Notes: a model not told the origin generated them from the sequence alone. Shown: positions 41,178 through 52,626, counted from the first letter of the stretch. The stretch: DNA of 64,000 nucleotides from an uncultured Chroococcidiopsis sp. (GCA_964248365.1 CAXTYC010000003.1:160001-224000), one strand, 5' to 3'. Made by a program: numbers and translations.

Positions 41178-42350
41178 TTACCGATTCTGCCTTGAGTGTA
41201 ACATTTGCAGAATTTCTTTGGCGGCGCGATCGCTTACTCCTTCTTCCCCTAAGCAAGAGCGCATCAGAGTATAGTCTGCTATAGTTTGTTGACGACGTTG
41301 GGGATCTAGCAGTAGTTCTAATGCTGCCCCAGTAATGTTTTCTGGGGTGGCTCGTTCTTGGAGTAACTCTGGTACGATCGGTTTGTTGACTACCAAATTA
41401 GGCGGCGAAAAGAAGGTAACGGAAAAATTGAGTAATTTATATGCCACCCATTGTGTTACTCGGCTAACGCGATATAGCACGACTTGTGGCACGTTTAACA
41501 AGGCAATTTCTAAATTTACAGTGCCAGATTTGGTAATTGCAAGATCAGCAGCTGCGATCGCTTCCAATGTTTGCCCTGATAGTATTGTTGCTTGCAGCCC
41601 ATAACGTTCAATTGCCTCTTCTATTGGTTGCCGATATACTTCTAAAGATAGTGGAATCCAGAAGTGTACCTGGGGTAACTTTCCTTGAATAGCTTGTGCT
41701 GCTTCAAATATCACTGGCAGCAGATATTTCAATTCTTGGCGGCGCGAGGCTGGAATTAACGCTATAGTCAATTGTTCTGGAGAAATCCCTAATTTTGCTC
41801 GTGCACAGGTGCGGCTAGGAGCATTTTGCATCCTATCTAGCAAAGGATGTCCTACCCAACTTACCCTCGCTCCTCTAGTTTGGAAAAAACGCGCCTCTTG
41901 GGGAAAGATTGCCAATATCCGATCTGTCATGTCTATCAGCCGCTTGATGTCACGCTGATTTGACCACCAAACCCACATTTGCGGCGCAATATAATATACA
42001 ATCGGTACTTGTGGCATCTGCCTTCGGATATAACTACCTAAAGGTAGATTAGCTCCAGCATAATCAATTAGTACAACCAGATCGGGTGGGTGTTGTTGAA
42101 GATATTGTTTTGCCCGACGTTGAATTTTGAAGGTAGATAAGACAAACGGTAAGGCTTCCCAAGTTCCAATCGAACCGATGCCGATGGTATTACCTAAGAG
42201 GGTAGCGCCTGCACTTTTCATGCGATCGCCTCCCAGTGCCACAATTTCTAACTCCCACTGGGCAGCAACCGCTTGTCGCAGCAGCGCTTCAACAAGTAGC
42301 GCCCCTTGTAAATCTCCTGAAACCTCACCAGTACTAATGAATATACGCAT
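41178..42350 (-). CDS. lpxB: Lipid-A-disaccharide synthase
   Basis: STGEVSGDLQG, YYIAPQ, WVGHPL, PASRRQE, KSGTVNLE. Confidence 0.97.
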   Translation of the reverse strand: MRIFISTGEVSGDLQGALLVEALLRQAVAAQWELEIVALGGDRMKSAGATLLGNTIGIGSIGTWEALPFVLSTFKIQRRAKQYLQQHPPDLVVLIDYAGANLPLGSYIRRQMPQVPIVYYIAPQMWVWWSNQRDIKRLIDMTDRILAIFPQEARFFQTRGARVSWVGHPLLDRMQNAPSRTCARAKLGISPEQLTIALIPASRRQELKYLLPVIFEAAQAIQGKLPQVHFWIPLSLEVYRQPIEEAIERYGLQATILSGQTLEAIAAADLAITKSGTVNLEIALLNVPQVVLYRVSRVTQWVAYKLLNFSVTFFSPPNLVVNKPIVPELLQERATPENITGAALELLLDPQRRQQTIADYTLMRSCLGEEGVSDRAAKEILQMLHSRQNR

Positions 42351-42477
42351 CGCTTTTAAGGGGCTAGAGGCTAGAGGCGAGGGGCTAGAGGCGAGATGGG
42401 GTGATGAGGTGATGAGGTGATGGGGTGTGGTGGTGAATTTCTCCCACTCTCCCCCTCTTTTTCCCTAGTCCCTCGCC

Positions 42478-43302
42478 TCACTCCTCGTCACGCCCAAAAC
42501 TTTTACCAGGAAGGGAACCGCGTCGCCCTTCCATTTGGGACAATCGTAGGAACTGGAGTAGGTGCTGTACGTGTTCATTATCTGCCAATAGATCCAGTTG
42601 TTCCAGGGCTTGCGTCAGAGTTAATTCTGAGCGGTAGAGCAGCCGGAAAGCTTTTTTGAGAGAGCGATATACCTGTCCCTCCAAGGCTTGCGTGATTCCG
42701 GCGCGTCTTAATCCTACCAGGTTGAGACTTCGCACCCGCGCTGGATTTCCTTCTACCAGCATATACGGTGGCACGTCCCGATTGATCCGGCTCATTCCGC
42801 CCACCATTGCCAACCGCCCAATATGAACAAATTGATGGACACCCAAAACCCCGCTAATTGTTGCCCGTGATTCAATGTGAATATGACCTGCTAAAGCCAC
42901 TCCATTAGAGATCACTACAGAATCTTCAAGCACACAGTTATGACCTACATGAACATAAGCCATTAACAAGTTATTGTTGCCAATCAGTGTTGCTTCTTTC
43001 GCCTTCGTTGCTCGGTTAATCGTGACATATTCCCGAATCAGATTTCCATCACCAATTTTCACCATTGAACGACCGCCATCATACTTAAGATCTTGCGGTT
43101 CTAATCCAATGGCGGCGTGGGGAAAAATCCGATTTTGCGCTCCAATTTGGGTTGGTCCCTCTAATACGACATGAGCGCCCACGAGTGTCTCAGCACCGAT
43201 TTTCACTTCCTCTCCAATTACCGCATAGGGACCAATCTGCACCGTCGGATGCAGATCCGCCCCAGGATGGACGACAGCAGTTGGATGAATTAGCGTCTTC
43301 AA
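42478..43302 (-). CDS. lpxA: UDP-N-acetylglucosamine O-acyltransferase
   Basis: IHPTAVV hexapeptide repeats, PQDLKY, IREYVTINRAT, HVGHNC; TTG start with GGAGA RBS. Confidence 0.97.
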   Translation of the reverse strand: MKTLIHPTAVVHPGADLHPTVQIGPYAVIGEEVKIGAETLVGAHVVLEGPTQIGAQNRIFPHAAIGLEPQDLKYDGGRSMVKIGDGNLIREYVTINRATKAKEATLIGNNNLLMAYVHVGHNCVLEDSVVISNGVALAGHIHIESRATISGVLGVHQFVHIGRLAMVGGMSRINRDVPPYMLVEGNPARVRSLNLVGLRRAGITQALEGQVYRSLKKAFRLLYRSELTLTQALEQLDLLADNEHVQHLLQFLRLSQMEGRRGSLPGKSFGRDEE

Positions 43303-43504
43303 GTATGCATCTCCGAAAGAAAGCAATTAGCAATTAGCTTTTAGCGATTAGCTTTTAGCTTTTAGCTTTTAGGTTTTAGCGATTAGCGAGTAGTAATACA
43401 ATTGACACGCTCTCGTATTAAAAATACCAAAAAGTTAGAAACTATGGATTAGCGCTTGGCTAATAGCTAACAGCTAATAGTTAACAGCTAATAGCTAACA
43501 GCTA

Positions 43505-44032
43505 TCATTCCACTAAAGAAAATAGCAGTTCGCCTTGTGCTGCTAGTTGACCATCAACAGAGGCAAGAGCCTGCATTTTACCGAAACGACGGCGTTTGAC
43601 GCACAGTAGTTCCACCGTCATTATTAGTTGGTCGCCTGGAACCACTTGACGGCGAAATCGGACTTTATCCATTCCAGCAAACACGAACAGAGTGCCATCC
43701 ATTTCTTGCATCTGGGTTAGCACGACACCGCCAACTTGTGCCATTGCTTCCACAATTAGAACTCCAGGCATAATCGGTCTATTGGGAAAATGCCCCTGAA
43801 AATGAGGTTCATTAAAGGTAACATTTTTAATGCCAACAGCGCGCTTGGCGGGTACATACTCAATAATTTTGTCTACCAGCGCGAAGGGGTAGCGGTGGGG
43901 CAATAGTTTATGAATCTCTTCAACCGTCAGTGTAGTTTTAACTGGTGTAGAATCAACGGGGGCTTGATGATTGAGTTGCTGCTCGGCATCAGCAGAAGAA
44001 TCAGGTGAATTAACTTCGATCACGGTTGACAT
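43505..44032 (-). CDS. fabZ: 3-hydroxyacyl-ACP dehydratase
   Basis: [29 protein letters not shown]. Confidence 0.97.
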   Translation of the reverse strand: MSTVIEVNSPDSSADAEQQLNHQAPVDSTPVKTTLTVEEIHKLLPHRYPFALVDKIIEYVPAKRAVGIKNVTFNEPHFQGHFPNRPIMPGVLIVEAMAQVGGVVLTQMQEMDGTLFVFAGMDKVRFRRQVVPGDQLIMTVELLCVKRRRFGKMQALASVDGQLAAQGELLFSLVE

Positions 44033-44095
44033 GGGTTTTTTTATTTTGGTTTTTGGATGCCCGGATGCCCAGATTTTAAATTTTAAAGCCAATCT

Positions 44096-45100
44096 TTAAA
44101 TCTCTAATCTAGAATCTAAAATTTTTTGGGCAAGTTGAATGTGCAGGTTATGGCTTGCTTTGTAAGCAAAGAAATGAGCGGTGGGAAAAGTTCCAAGTAA
44201 GCTCAAATCTCCCACTAAATCTAAAATTTTATGACGTGCTGGTTCATTTGCAAATCTTAAAGGTGGATTTAGCCAGCCTTGAGAACCGCAAACCAATGCA
44301 TTATCTAAGGTTCCGCCTTTAATTAAACCTTTGTGCCGCAAAGATTCAATTTGATGGGCTAAACCAAAGGTACGAGCTGGGGCAATTTCGTGGGGGAAGC
44401 TAGAGGAGGGTGTTACATCTGCTTTTGTTGGTTGAATAAATGGCGACCAACTATGCCACTGGTTGCCAATTGCTGGCAAGTCGAAGTCAATGCCATAGGT
44501 AAAACGAAGCAGGGGGGCGGGTATAGCAGCAACAAAGGCATCACCTTGATATACGTACACTGGTTGCTCAAGTTGTGGTACTAATCGCGGTATTGACTGG
44601 GGTACTAATCCAACAGTTGCGATCGCTTCCACCCATAGGGCGGCTGAACCATCCAAAAGCGGCACTTCTTGCCCGTCGATTTCAATTCGAGCATTATCTA
44701 CACCACTACCCGCTAAGGCTGCCAACAGATGCTCTACTGTGCCAACAGACGACGAGCCAAAACCCAGCTGCGTTGAAAGCACGGTTTGACTGACAGCCTC
44801 AACTTTAGCTGGAATAATTGGCTGTCCTGGCAAATCCACTCGGACAAAATAGCGCCCCTTGTTGGCGGGGGCTGGTAGCAACCGAACGTGAGTATTTACG
44901 CCACTGTGCAATCCCACGCCAGACAGGTTAATCTCAGCCGCTAAAGTATGTTGAAAAGAGGGGCTAGGGGCGATTTGCTGGAGGCTAGGGGAAGAAGGGT
45001 TAGAGGGTAGGGAATGGAGGTTGGGGGTAGAACCGTCACCTTGCTGCTGTTTCGTGTCTGCTGCTATCTCATCCGCGCTCTTAATTTTTTTGCTACTCAC
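44096..45100 (-). CDS. lpxC: UDP-3-O-acyl-GlcNAc deacetylase (start uncertain)
   Basis: [41 protein letters not shown]. Confidence 0.96.
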   Translation of the reverse strand: MSSKKIKSADEIAADTKQQQGDGSTPNLHSLPSNPSSPSLQQIAPSPSFQHTLAAEINLSGVGLHSGVNTHVRLLPAPANKGRYFVRVDLPGQPIIPAKVEAVSQTVLSTQLGFGSSSVGTVEHLLAALAGSGVDNARIEIDGQEVPLLDGSAALWVEAIATVGLVPQSIPRLVPQLEQPVYVYQGDAFVAAIPAPLLRFTYGIDFDLPAIGNQWHSWSPFIQPTKADVTPSSSFPHEIAPARTFGLAHQIESLRHKGLIKGGTLDNALVCGSQGWLNPPLRFANEPARHKILDLVGDLSLLGTFPTAHFFAYKASHNLHIQLAQKILDSRLEI

Positions 45101-45165
45101 TTGTTTTCCTCTTTTATTGTCTCATCTTCACTATTCTCTAGCCCCAGCGCCCCTGTCCCTAGTCG

Positions 45166-47796
45166 CTAGAATTTCTCTCCAATTCCAAACTGTAGGCGAC
45201 TATCGCCGTTATCGTTGAATCCGTAATCAAGCCTTAGTGGTCCTAAGGGAGAATTTACCCGCACACCCACGCCATAGCCAACGCCAGTACCAGGTTTGCC
45301 CAGCAAGCCTGCGGGGTTTCCAGGTACACTCTTACCAGTTCCCAAGTCAGTACCAAAATCAACAAATAAAGCGCCGCCGACGATAGCAAATATTGGAAAA
45401 CGATATTCAGCTGTTGCCTGGAGGAAACTGCGCCCACTGGCTAAGTCTCCCTCACCATAGCCTCGGACAGAATTACTACCGCCTAAAGCAAAAGCTTCGT
45501 AGGGAGGCAGATCGCCCAGTACTGTTCCCGCTTGTAGGTTGAAAGCTATAGTTTGTGGTCCTTTTTTGAAGTGGGTAATATTGACTGGAATGAATTGACT
45601 GTAGTTAGCTCGTAGACGATTCAGGAGAATATTACCAGAACCGATGGGAATGGATTGTTCAACGCCAAATCTGAGGAAAGAGCCACTGGTAGGATTTAAT
45701 TCATTGTTACGGCGATCGCGTGCCAACCCAGCTTGTAATGTCAGCAAATCGTCTGCATTGCCTCCAGAGAAGGTAAGAGGAATTTCTCTGCCATTGATTC
45801 GTCCGATCGGTGCGCTATTACCATCAGCATCCCGAATAGTAACGTGTTGATACTGCAAACCTGTTGAAGCTGTCCATTCTGCCGTTCTGAGCGGATCGCG
45901 CGAAAGGGGACGAGTAAAGTTTATACCGCCACCTAAGCGCACAACGCGGGGGCGATCGCCATTTGTGCCCACTTCAATATTTTTGTTATTGCTATCAAAA
46001 ATTAACGAAATTGAGCGGCGGCTGAACCCATTTATCGTGTATGAAGTCCGGTAGGGATCTCCTGCAATCCACGGATCAGTAAAGCGCACATCAAACAGTA
46101 CGTCCCGCCGCTCTGTCCCCACCTGTAACTCTGCTGACAGCTTTTGGTTGTTTCCACCCAAATTTTGCTCTTGATAGCCAATAGCACCAAATAAACCACT
46201 GGCAGAACTAATTCCCCCGCTCAGATTAACAGAACCGCTCCGGCGTTCATCAACATTTACCACTACAACTACTTTCCGAGGGTCTTGACCTGGGTTGAGC
46301 GAAACATTCACGTCTTGAAACGTGCCTAGTCCGTATACCCGCCGAAGGTCTTGTTGCACAACATTCCGGTTGAAAACTCCTCCAGGCTTCAACTCTAGTT
46401 CTCGTGTGACGATAAAATCGCGCGTCCGTCCCTTGATTGGTTTTCCTTGGTCGTCGGTTGGCTGACCTTCTCGGACGAAACGGACTCGAATGTCCTCTAC
46501 TACTCCTTCTGCTACTTGTAAAGTGACTGTTCCGTCTGGTGCGACCTGCGGGGCATCAATTACTTGCGCTAAAACATAACCGTTTTTTTGATACCAAGCG
46601 TTTAACTGCTTGATGCCTTCTTGCAAGCGCCGCAGGTTAAGAATAGTGCCGTACTGTGGTCGGAAAATATCTTCTACAACTTTGGGTGGCAATACAGATT
46701 GAGTTTTTGTGCCGACATTCGCTTGCACTTGTACTTGCCGTAGGACGGGATTAGGTTGTACTACAAAGGAAACTCTCACACCCAAAGGCGTATCTTCTGG
46801 TACAGCGCGGACATTCGAGAAAAACCCTGTAGCAAAAACTGCGTTGATATCTTGTTGCAGTTGACTTCGCGTTGTTGTCCGTCCAGGTTGAGTACGAATT
46901 GCTTGGTAAACTTCGTTTTGCAATTCTGCTGAGAGTTGCCCTGTTTCGCTGCTTACTACAACTTCTGCTACCAGTACCCTAGGCTGGGCGGCTTCCTCTG
47001 TTGTACCTGGTTGAGTGTTTTCTGGTGCAGGTGGAGGTGGCGATGTAGGTTGAGTGCTGGGTGCGGGTGGAGGTGGCGATGTAGGTTGAGTGTTTTCTGG
47101 TGCGGCTTCTGGTGGTGAAGTTGGTTGGGACGGTTGGTTAGGGAAGGAACCAGGAGCTGGCTGTCCTGGTGGGCTGATGGGAACTTGAATGCGGTTTGGT
47201 GTTTGTTGTTGTGGTAGTGATTCGGTTCCAGGTGCGGGAAGTATTGGTACTGTAGGCGGAGTTTGAGGAACAGAAGGGGGAGTTTGAGGGGAGAGTGTAG
47301 GGGCTGAGGAGTTAGGTTGAGTCTGTGTGGTTGGTGTATTGGTACTACCTGGTTTGGGTGTACCAGAAGGAGTCGGAATTTGAAGTTGGGAGGGTGTTTC
47401 TTGCGCTGGTGTCGATTGTGTTAACAGCACAGCCGATGCTTTTGTTGCCCTTTGAGCAATCTGAAAGGGCGCTAGCTTCGCCACTGTTTTAGCCCTAGCT
47501 ATTTTGTCAGGTTTCTGTTGTGCCTTGAGCGCCGTAATCAATGCTTGGTGTTTTGATTTGGGCAAAGAACTAGATGCAGGGGAGGGGGAGATAGAGGAAT
47601 TGAGAGATGGGGGGAGAACTGATGTAGATTCCCCAAGTCCTGTTGTCTTCTTGTCTGGTTGTCCAAGCGTGGATTTTTCAGCTTCACCAGTGGATAGATT
47701 AATGGGGGCGGCATTGGTTGCCAATGTTTGCGTTAGCATTGCTTGTCGAAAGCTAGCTAAAGCTAGCAGTGCCGCCACGATGGGAGATAAGCGCAT
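45166..47796 (-). CDS. Omp85/BamA outer-membrane assembly factor with Pro-rich N-terminus
   Basis: POTRA domains, GGSNSVRGY, SPLGPLRLDYG, terminal FGIGEKF. Confidence 0.96.
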   Translation of the reverse strand: MRLSPIVAALLALASFRQAMLTQTLATNAAPINLSTGEAEKSTLGQPDKKTTGLGESTSVLPPSLNSSISPSPASSSLPKSKHQALITALKAQQKPDKIARAKTVAKLAPFQIAQRATKASAVLLTQSTPAQETPSQLQIPTPSGTPKPGSTNTPTTQTQPNSSAPTLSPQTPPSVPQTPPTVPILPAPGTESLPQQQTPNRIQVPISPPGQPAPGSFPNQPSQPTSPPEAAPENTQPTSPPPPAPSTQPTSPPPPAPENTQPGTTEEAAQPRVLVAEVVVSSETGQLSAELQNEVYQAIRTQPGRTTTRSQLQQDINAVFATGFFSNVRAVPEDTPLGVRVSFVVQPNPVLRQVQVQANVGTKTQSVLPPKVVEDIFRPQYGTILNLRRLQEGIKQLNAWYQKNGYVLAQVIDAPQVAPDGTVTLQVAEGVVEDIRVRFVREGQPTDDQGKPIKGRTRDFIVTRELELKPGGVFNRNVVQQDLRRVYGLGTFQDVNVSLNPGQDPRKVVVVVNVDERRSGSVNLSGGISSASGLFGAIGYQEQNLGGNNQKLSAELQVGTERRDVLFDVRFTDPWIAGDPYRTSYTINGFSRRSISLIFDSNNKNIEVGTNGDRPRVVRLGGGINFTRPLSRDPLRTAEWTASTGLQYQHVTIRDADGNSAPIGRINGREIPLTFSGGNADDLLTLQAGLARDRRNNELNPTSGSFLRFGVEQSIPIGSGNILLNRLRANYSQFIPVNITHFKKGPQTIAFNLQAGTVLGDLPPYEAFALGGSNSVRGYGEGDLASGRSFLQATAEYRFPIFAIVGGALFVDFGTDLGTGKSVPGNPAGLLGKPGTGVGYGVGVRVNSPLGPLRLDYGFNDNGDSRLQFGIGEKF

Positions 47797-47818
47797 TTTG
47801 TTCAACTCTTTTAGCACG

Positions 47819-47829
47819 TCCACACACCA
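47819..47829 (-). promoter_or_regulatory. Putative Yfr1 sRNA pairing site in the Omp85 5' UTR
   Basis: TGGTGTGTGGA, 10/11 complementary to Yfr1 UCCUCACACCA, about 22 nt before the ATG. Confidence 0.5.
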
Positions 47830-47952
47830 GTAAGAATTCGGAATTTACTAATTCACAAATTCGGAATTATTTTTTGTCCGAGCGGGTTTATCTGAGATTT
47901 TCAGGGGCAAACGAACAATTCAATTAAACCCGCCCCTACTAACTACTCATCA

Positions 47953-48705
47953 CTAACCATAATTTGATACTTGATTTTGAACTCTTTGTAAAACTTCTTG
48001 ATAGGCTGTTTCCACATTTCCCAAGTCGCGGCGGAAGCGATCTTTGTCCATGACTCGGCTATTGGGGTCGGGATCTGATGAATTCCACAACCTACAGGTA
48101 TCTGGGCTAATTTCATCTGCTAAAAGCAATTGCCCTTGAGCATCCAAGCCAAACTCTAGTTTGAAGTCTACTAGGGTAAGACCACAACGTTGAAAAAAGT
48201 TCCAGAGATAGGAATTGATTTGTAATGCTAACTGCTGCAATTGCGTTATTTGTTCTTTTGTCGCTAATTCGAGTAAAAGGATGCGATCGCGTGTCAATAG
48301 AGGATCTCCTAGTGCATCATTTTTGTAATAAAAATCCACCAAGGGCTGTTTCAGAACAGTACCTACTGGTAATCCAGTTTGTTGACACAGAGTACCTGCT
48401 GCAATGTTCCTGACAACTACCTCCAAGGGCAAAATTTGCAATCGTCTTACCCGCATCTGATTCGGACTCACACTGTCGATGAAGTGGGTGGCTATCCCCT
48501 GATGAGCCAAGTACCCAAACAGTATTTGGGAAATAGTACAGTTGATTTCGCCCTTACCAGCGATGCTGCCCCGCTTCTGGGCATTAAAGGCGGTGGCATC
48601 ATCTTTGAAATAAGCCAGTAAAATTTCTGGCTCGTCGGTAGTGTAAATAATTTTTGCTTTGCCTTCGTAGAGCAGTGTTTGGGCGCACATCGCAGGAATA
48701 CTCAC
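47953..48705 (-). CDS. purC: SAICAR synthetase
   Basis: LYEGKAK, FKDDATAFN, EVVVRNIAAG, LVDFKLEFG, DEISPDTCR, DKDRFR. Confidence 0.98.
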   Translation of the reverse strand: MSIPAMCAQTLLYEGKAKIIYTTDEPEILLAYFKDDATAFNAQKRGSIAGKGEINCTISQILFGYLAHQGIATHFIDSVSPNQMRVRRLQILPLEVVVRNIAAGTLCQQTGLPVGTVLKQPLVDFYYKNDALGDPLLTRDRILLLELATKEQITQLQQLALQINSYLWNFFQRCGLTLVDFKLEFGLDAQGQLLLADEISPDTCRLWNSSDPDPNSRVMDKDRFRRDLGNVETAYQEVLQRVQNQVSNYG

Positions 48706-48861
48706 AGATCCGGTTTTCTGCCTGGGTTACAAGCTTAATCATTTTATCGACTATTTGACCTCTCCCCTAACGCTTTATGTGTAGAGTGTAGTCGTGTGAC
48801 TAAATTCTTGACTATAACTTAAATCGTGCTATAGGAGTTCTGGTTCTCTTTGTAAACAGCC

Positions 48862-50694
48862 ATGCTACCCAACCGCCAAGAGTGGATGTTGAATCACAAA
48901 CAATCCGATAAATTCCCCAATAGCCTTAAAAGGGCTAACTTGTTTTGGCTACTTTTGCCCTTGACTATCACCTTACCCTTTGGGCAATTATCTACTCTAG
49001 CTCAATCACTGGAAAATCCTAATTCGTCTACACCGCAACCCCTTCCTGCTCGAAATCAATCTTGTGTTCAGCCCACGTCCTATCCGGCTGAATTTACCCA
49101 TCTTGCCAATCAATTGGTACAGGTGGCTAGTTGGACGGGTGAACCTACCAAATTTTTAGAGACGCTTAGCCAAAAACTGGGACCTCAACTAGCTGCTTAT
49201 TTCAGTCCTAGTCCTTTTCCAGATATCAATGAAAGGGCAAAATTGGCAAGAGTACCCGTGATTATGTATCACGATATTCTGCCAAAAAAACAGGTATTTT
49301 TTGATGTCACTCCCCAAGAGTTTGAACAACACTTACAACTAATTCAAAAACAGGGTTTAACTCCAATCAGTTTTGATCAGTTAATAATCCATCTACGGAC
49401 GGGATTACCGCTACCAGAAAAGCCGATTCTGTTGACTTTTGATGACGGCTATGGTGGTCATTATGAATATGTTTACCCACTATTGAAAAAATATGGTTAT
49501 CCCGCTGTTTTTTCAATTTATACGTCAAAGGTGGGAGTAAATTCTGGTAGAACTCATGTGAGTTGGGAACAATTGCGAGAAATGGCAGCCGATCCATTGA
49601 TAACGATCGCCTCCCATACTCTTACCCATCCAGCGGATTTAAGAGTATTGTCCGACGACAAGCTCAAAATGGAGGTATTCGAGTCAAAACGCACTTTAGA
49701 AAGCAATTTGGGAATTCCTATCCGCTACTTTACCTATCCTGCTGGAAAGTACGACGAAAGAGTAGTTCAGTTAATCAAACAGGCAGGGTATCAAGCAGCA
49801 TTGACGATGGATGATAACAATGAGGGCTTTGCCGGACAGTCAAAAAATTTGCTGGCGATCGACAGGTTTGGGCAATCAAATATAGCGCGATCGCTCACCC
49901 GTCCCGATCAAGGTATTATAGCCCAAGCTTGGGGAGGTGCTAAACTACCAACTTGGGGCGGAGGAATCGATTTTTCCTCTCAAGTGGGAGTGAATAAAAC
50001 CACAATAGATAACACCTATCTAGTGTTAGTTTCTGGCGGTAGACCAATCACAATTCATGCCAATAGCCGTTACCAAGTTGGGGAAATTTTAGCAGGTACG
50101 GGGGCAGTAGCTGGTGTAGATGGGGGCTTTTTCTCGCTAAAATTCCTAGATTCTAATATAATGATTGGTCCAGTTTTGAGTCAGATTAATAATACCTTCG
50201 TTCCAGGCAACCGCAGCGAAAACCCCAAACTCAACAATCGTCCCCTAGTACTCATTAGCCCCCAAACAGTGAAGTTTATTCCCTTTGATGCCGAAAAACA
50301 CAACACTTTGGAGGGAATACAAGCCGAGATGCCCAATGTTACAGATGCATTTGTAGCCTCAGCTTGGCTAGTAAAAGACGGACAGCCCCAACCAGCCGAG
50401 AGTTTTGGCAACTTACACGGTTTTGATGCCAAGCGCCGCCGTGCTTTCTGGGGAATAAACCAGGCAGGACAGCCTACAATAGGCGTGGCTCCCTACAATG
50501 TTGATTCTGTAACACTAGGCGCGGTACTGGCTAAAGCTGGGTTACGAGATGCCATCATGCTTGACTCTGGTGACAGTGCCTCGCTTGTCTACAAAGGAGA
50601 ATCTCAAGTTCCTTACACTCCTCGCCCTGTACCTCATGTCGTTGCCCTATTACCACCTGGCACTAATGCTAACTGTTTGATGGTGCAGCGGTAG
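48862..50694 (+). CDS. Polysaccharide deacetylase (CE4) fused to a phosphodiester-glycosidase-like domain
   Basis: IMYHD, LTFDDGY, ASHTLTH, FTYPAG; C-terminal DGGFF, RAFWG, MLDSGDS. Confidence 0.88.
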   Translation: MLPNRQEWMLNHKQSDKFPNSLKRANLFWLLLPLTITLPFGQLSTLAQSLENPNSSTPQPLPARNQSCVQPTSYPAEFTHLANQLVQVASWTGEPTKFLETLSQKLGPQLAAYFSPSPFPDINERAKLARVPVIMYHDILPKKQVFFDVTPQEFEQHLQLIQKQGLTPISFDQLIIHLRTGLPLPEKPILLTFDDGYGGHYEYVYPLLKKYGYPAVFSIYTSKVGVNSGRTHVSWEQLREMAADPLITIASHTLTHPADLRVLSDDKLKMEVFESKRTLESNLGIPIRYFTYPAGKYDERVVQLIKQAGYQAALTMDDNNEGFAGQSKNLLAIDRFGQSNIARSLTRPDQGIIAQAWGGAKLPTWGGGIDFSSQVGVNKTTIDNTYLVLVSGGRPITIHANSRYQVGEILAGTGAVAGVDGGFFSLKFLDSNIMIGPVLSQINNTFVPGNRSENPKLNNRPLVLISPQTVKFIPFDAEKHNTLEGIQAEMPNVTDAFVASAWLVKDGQPQPAESFGNLHGFDAKRRRAFWGINQAGQPTIGVAPYNVDSVTLGAVLAKAGLRDAIMLDSGDSASLVYKGESQVPYTPRPVPHVVALLPPGTNANCLMVQR

Positions 50695-50809
50695 AAGAGA
50701 GCAGGGGAGCACTAGAGCAGGGGAGCAGAGGGGCAGAGGGGAAATTACCCTTTACCCTTATCCCTTACCTTTACCCTTTACCCTTTACCCTTAAAATTTC
50801 CAAGAGTTA

Positions 50810-52615
50810 ATGAGAAGTCGAAAGTGGAAAAAATGCCTTTTGGTGTTGACAATTGGCTCGGCACTAATTCCTTTAACTGTTGGGTTAGACATAGCTGTAT
50901 CGGGTAGTGTTTACCATCCGTTGACTTATGTTTATAACGGTTTAGGTTGGCTGTTGTGTAAATTAACGCCTAGTTGCAACAGAACTGCCCCTACAGGTTC
51001 ACTTGCTCCTGTATCAGGTAAGTACGGTGTTGTTGTTACCTCGCAACACAAAGCATCTGAGGTAGGATTGCAAATTCTCAAACAAGGGGGTAACGCGGTT
51101 GATGCGGCTGTGGCTGTAGGATATGCCCTAGCTGTCACTGATCCCTGTTGCGGCAATATCGGTGGGGGTGGGTTTATGCTCATCCACCTGGCGGGGGGTA
51201 AAAACATTTTTATCAATTTTCGGGAGAAAGCACCTTTAGCTGCTAGCAAAAATATGTATCTCGATCACCAGGGTAAGGTAATTTCTGGGTTGAGTACTAA
51301 GGGATATCTTGCCGTTGCAGTTCCTGGTACAGTCATGGGACTAGAACGAGCGTCTCAATATGGCACAATGACTCGTAAACAGGTGATGGCTCCGGCAATT
51401 GAGTTAGCCTCTAAGGGTTTTGTGTTGCAGCAAGGGGATGTAAACATTCTCAACTGGGGTAACGAGAAGTTTAAACAGCCCAACGTCGCTACCATATTCT
51501 TAAAAAACGGTAAAAATTCTTATCGAGTGGGCGATCGCTTGGTACAACTCGACTTAGCCCAGACTTTACGCACAATTGCCGATCAAGGTGCAAATGCTTT
51601 CTATAAAGGAGCGATCGCAACTGAGCTTGTCAAAGCCAGCAATCAACACGGTGGTATTCTCACACCCAAAGACTTTGCCAATTACACAATTACTCAAACT
51701 CAGCCAGTCCGATGCATCTATCGGGGGTATGAAATAATTTCTGCTCCTCCCCCTGGAGGTGGTACTACTCTATGCCAAATGCTAAATATTCTGTCAGGCT
51801 ATCAGATGAAAAAATTAGGCTGGCACACGAGTGCAAGCTTGCATTTGATGCTGTCAGCTATGCTGTATGGTTATGGCGATCGCAACACGCATTTAGGCGA
51901 TCCAGATTTTGTTAAAAACCCGATTGAAAGACTTCTTTCTCAAAAATACGCTGCTCAAATTCGAGCCAGTATTCCCTCAAATCATGCAATTCCTCCCCAA
52001 CAGATTTATTCTGGTATTGCTAATAGTGAAGGTACTAATACCACTCATTACTCAATTCAAGACCGCTATGGTAATGCTGTAGCTGTAACATATACCATTA
52101 ATTCATATTTTGGCGCGGGAGTTATTGCCGGAAAAACTGGGTTCTTCCTCAACAACGAAATGGATGACTTTGCTAGTAAACCAGGAGGGCAAAATCAATT
52201 TGGTTTAGTGCAGGGCTACCCTAATAGCATTGAACCAGGCAAACGACCGCTTAGTTCGATGTCTCCAACTATTGTGACTAAAAACGGCAGAGTCTTCATG
52301 GTGACGGGTAGCCCTGGAGGATCAACAATTCCTACAACTGTTCTACAAGTCATTACCAATGTGATTGACTATGACATGAATATCAGTGAAGCTGTCAATG
52401 CTCCCCGAATCCATTATCAGGGACTACCCAATTTAGTTATTACAGAACCACTAGCCCTGAAGTCGGATGTCGTACAAGATTTGTGGGAAATGGGATATAG
52501 GGTTGCTCCTTTCCCAACCTGGGGTGCAGCCGAGTCAATCTTAGTAAATCCAAAAACTGAATTAATTTATGGTGCTAATGATAGTCGTAAAATGGCTGGA
52601 TCTGCTGCTTATTAG
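50810..52615 (+). CDS. ggt: Gamma-glutamyltransferase
   Basis: GGNAVDAAVA, FREKAP, TTHYS, LNNEMDDF, KRPLSSMSP, GSPGGS. Confidence 0.97.
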   Translation: MRSRKWKKCLLVLTIGSALIPLTVGLDIAVSGSVYHPLTYVYNGLGWLLCKLTPSCNRTAPTGSLAPVSGKYGVVVTSQHKASEVGLQILKQGGNAVDAAVAVGYALAVTDPCCGNIGGGGFMLIHLAGGKNIFINFREKAPLAASKNMYLDHQGKVISGLSTKGYLAVAVPGTVMGLERASQYGTMTRKQVMAPAIELASKGFVLQQGDVNILNWGNEKFKQPNVATIFLKNGKNSYRVGDRLVQLDLAQTLRTIADQGANAFYKGAIATELVKASNQHGGILTPKDFANYTITQTQPVRCIYRGYEIISAPPPGGGTTLCQMLNILSGYQMKKLGWHTSASLHLMLSAMLYGYGDRNTHLGDPDFVKNPIERLLSQKYAAQIRASIPSNHAIPPQQIYSGIANSEGTNTTHYSIQDRYGNAVAVTYTINSYFGAGVIAGKTGFFLNNEMDDFASKPGGQNQFGLVQGYPNSIEPGKRPLSSMSPTIVTKNGRVFMVTGSPGGSTIPTTVLQVITNVIDYDMNISEAVNAPRIHYQGLPNLVITEPLALKSDVVQDLWEMGYRVAPFPTWGAAESILVNPKTELIYGANDSRKMAGSAAY

Positions 52616-52626
52616 CCGAATTTTCC

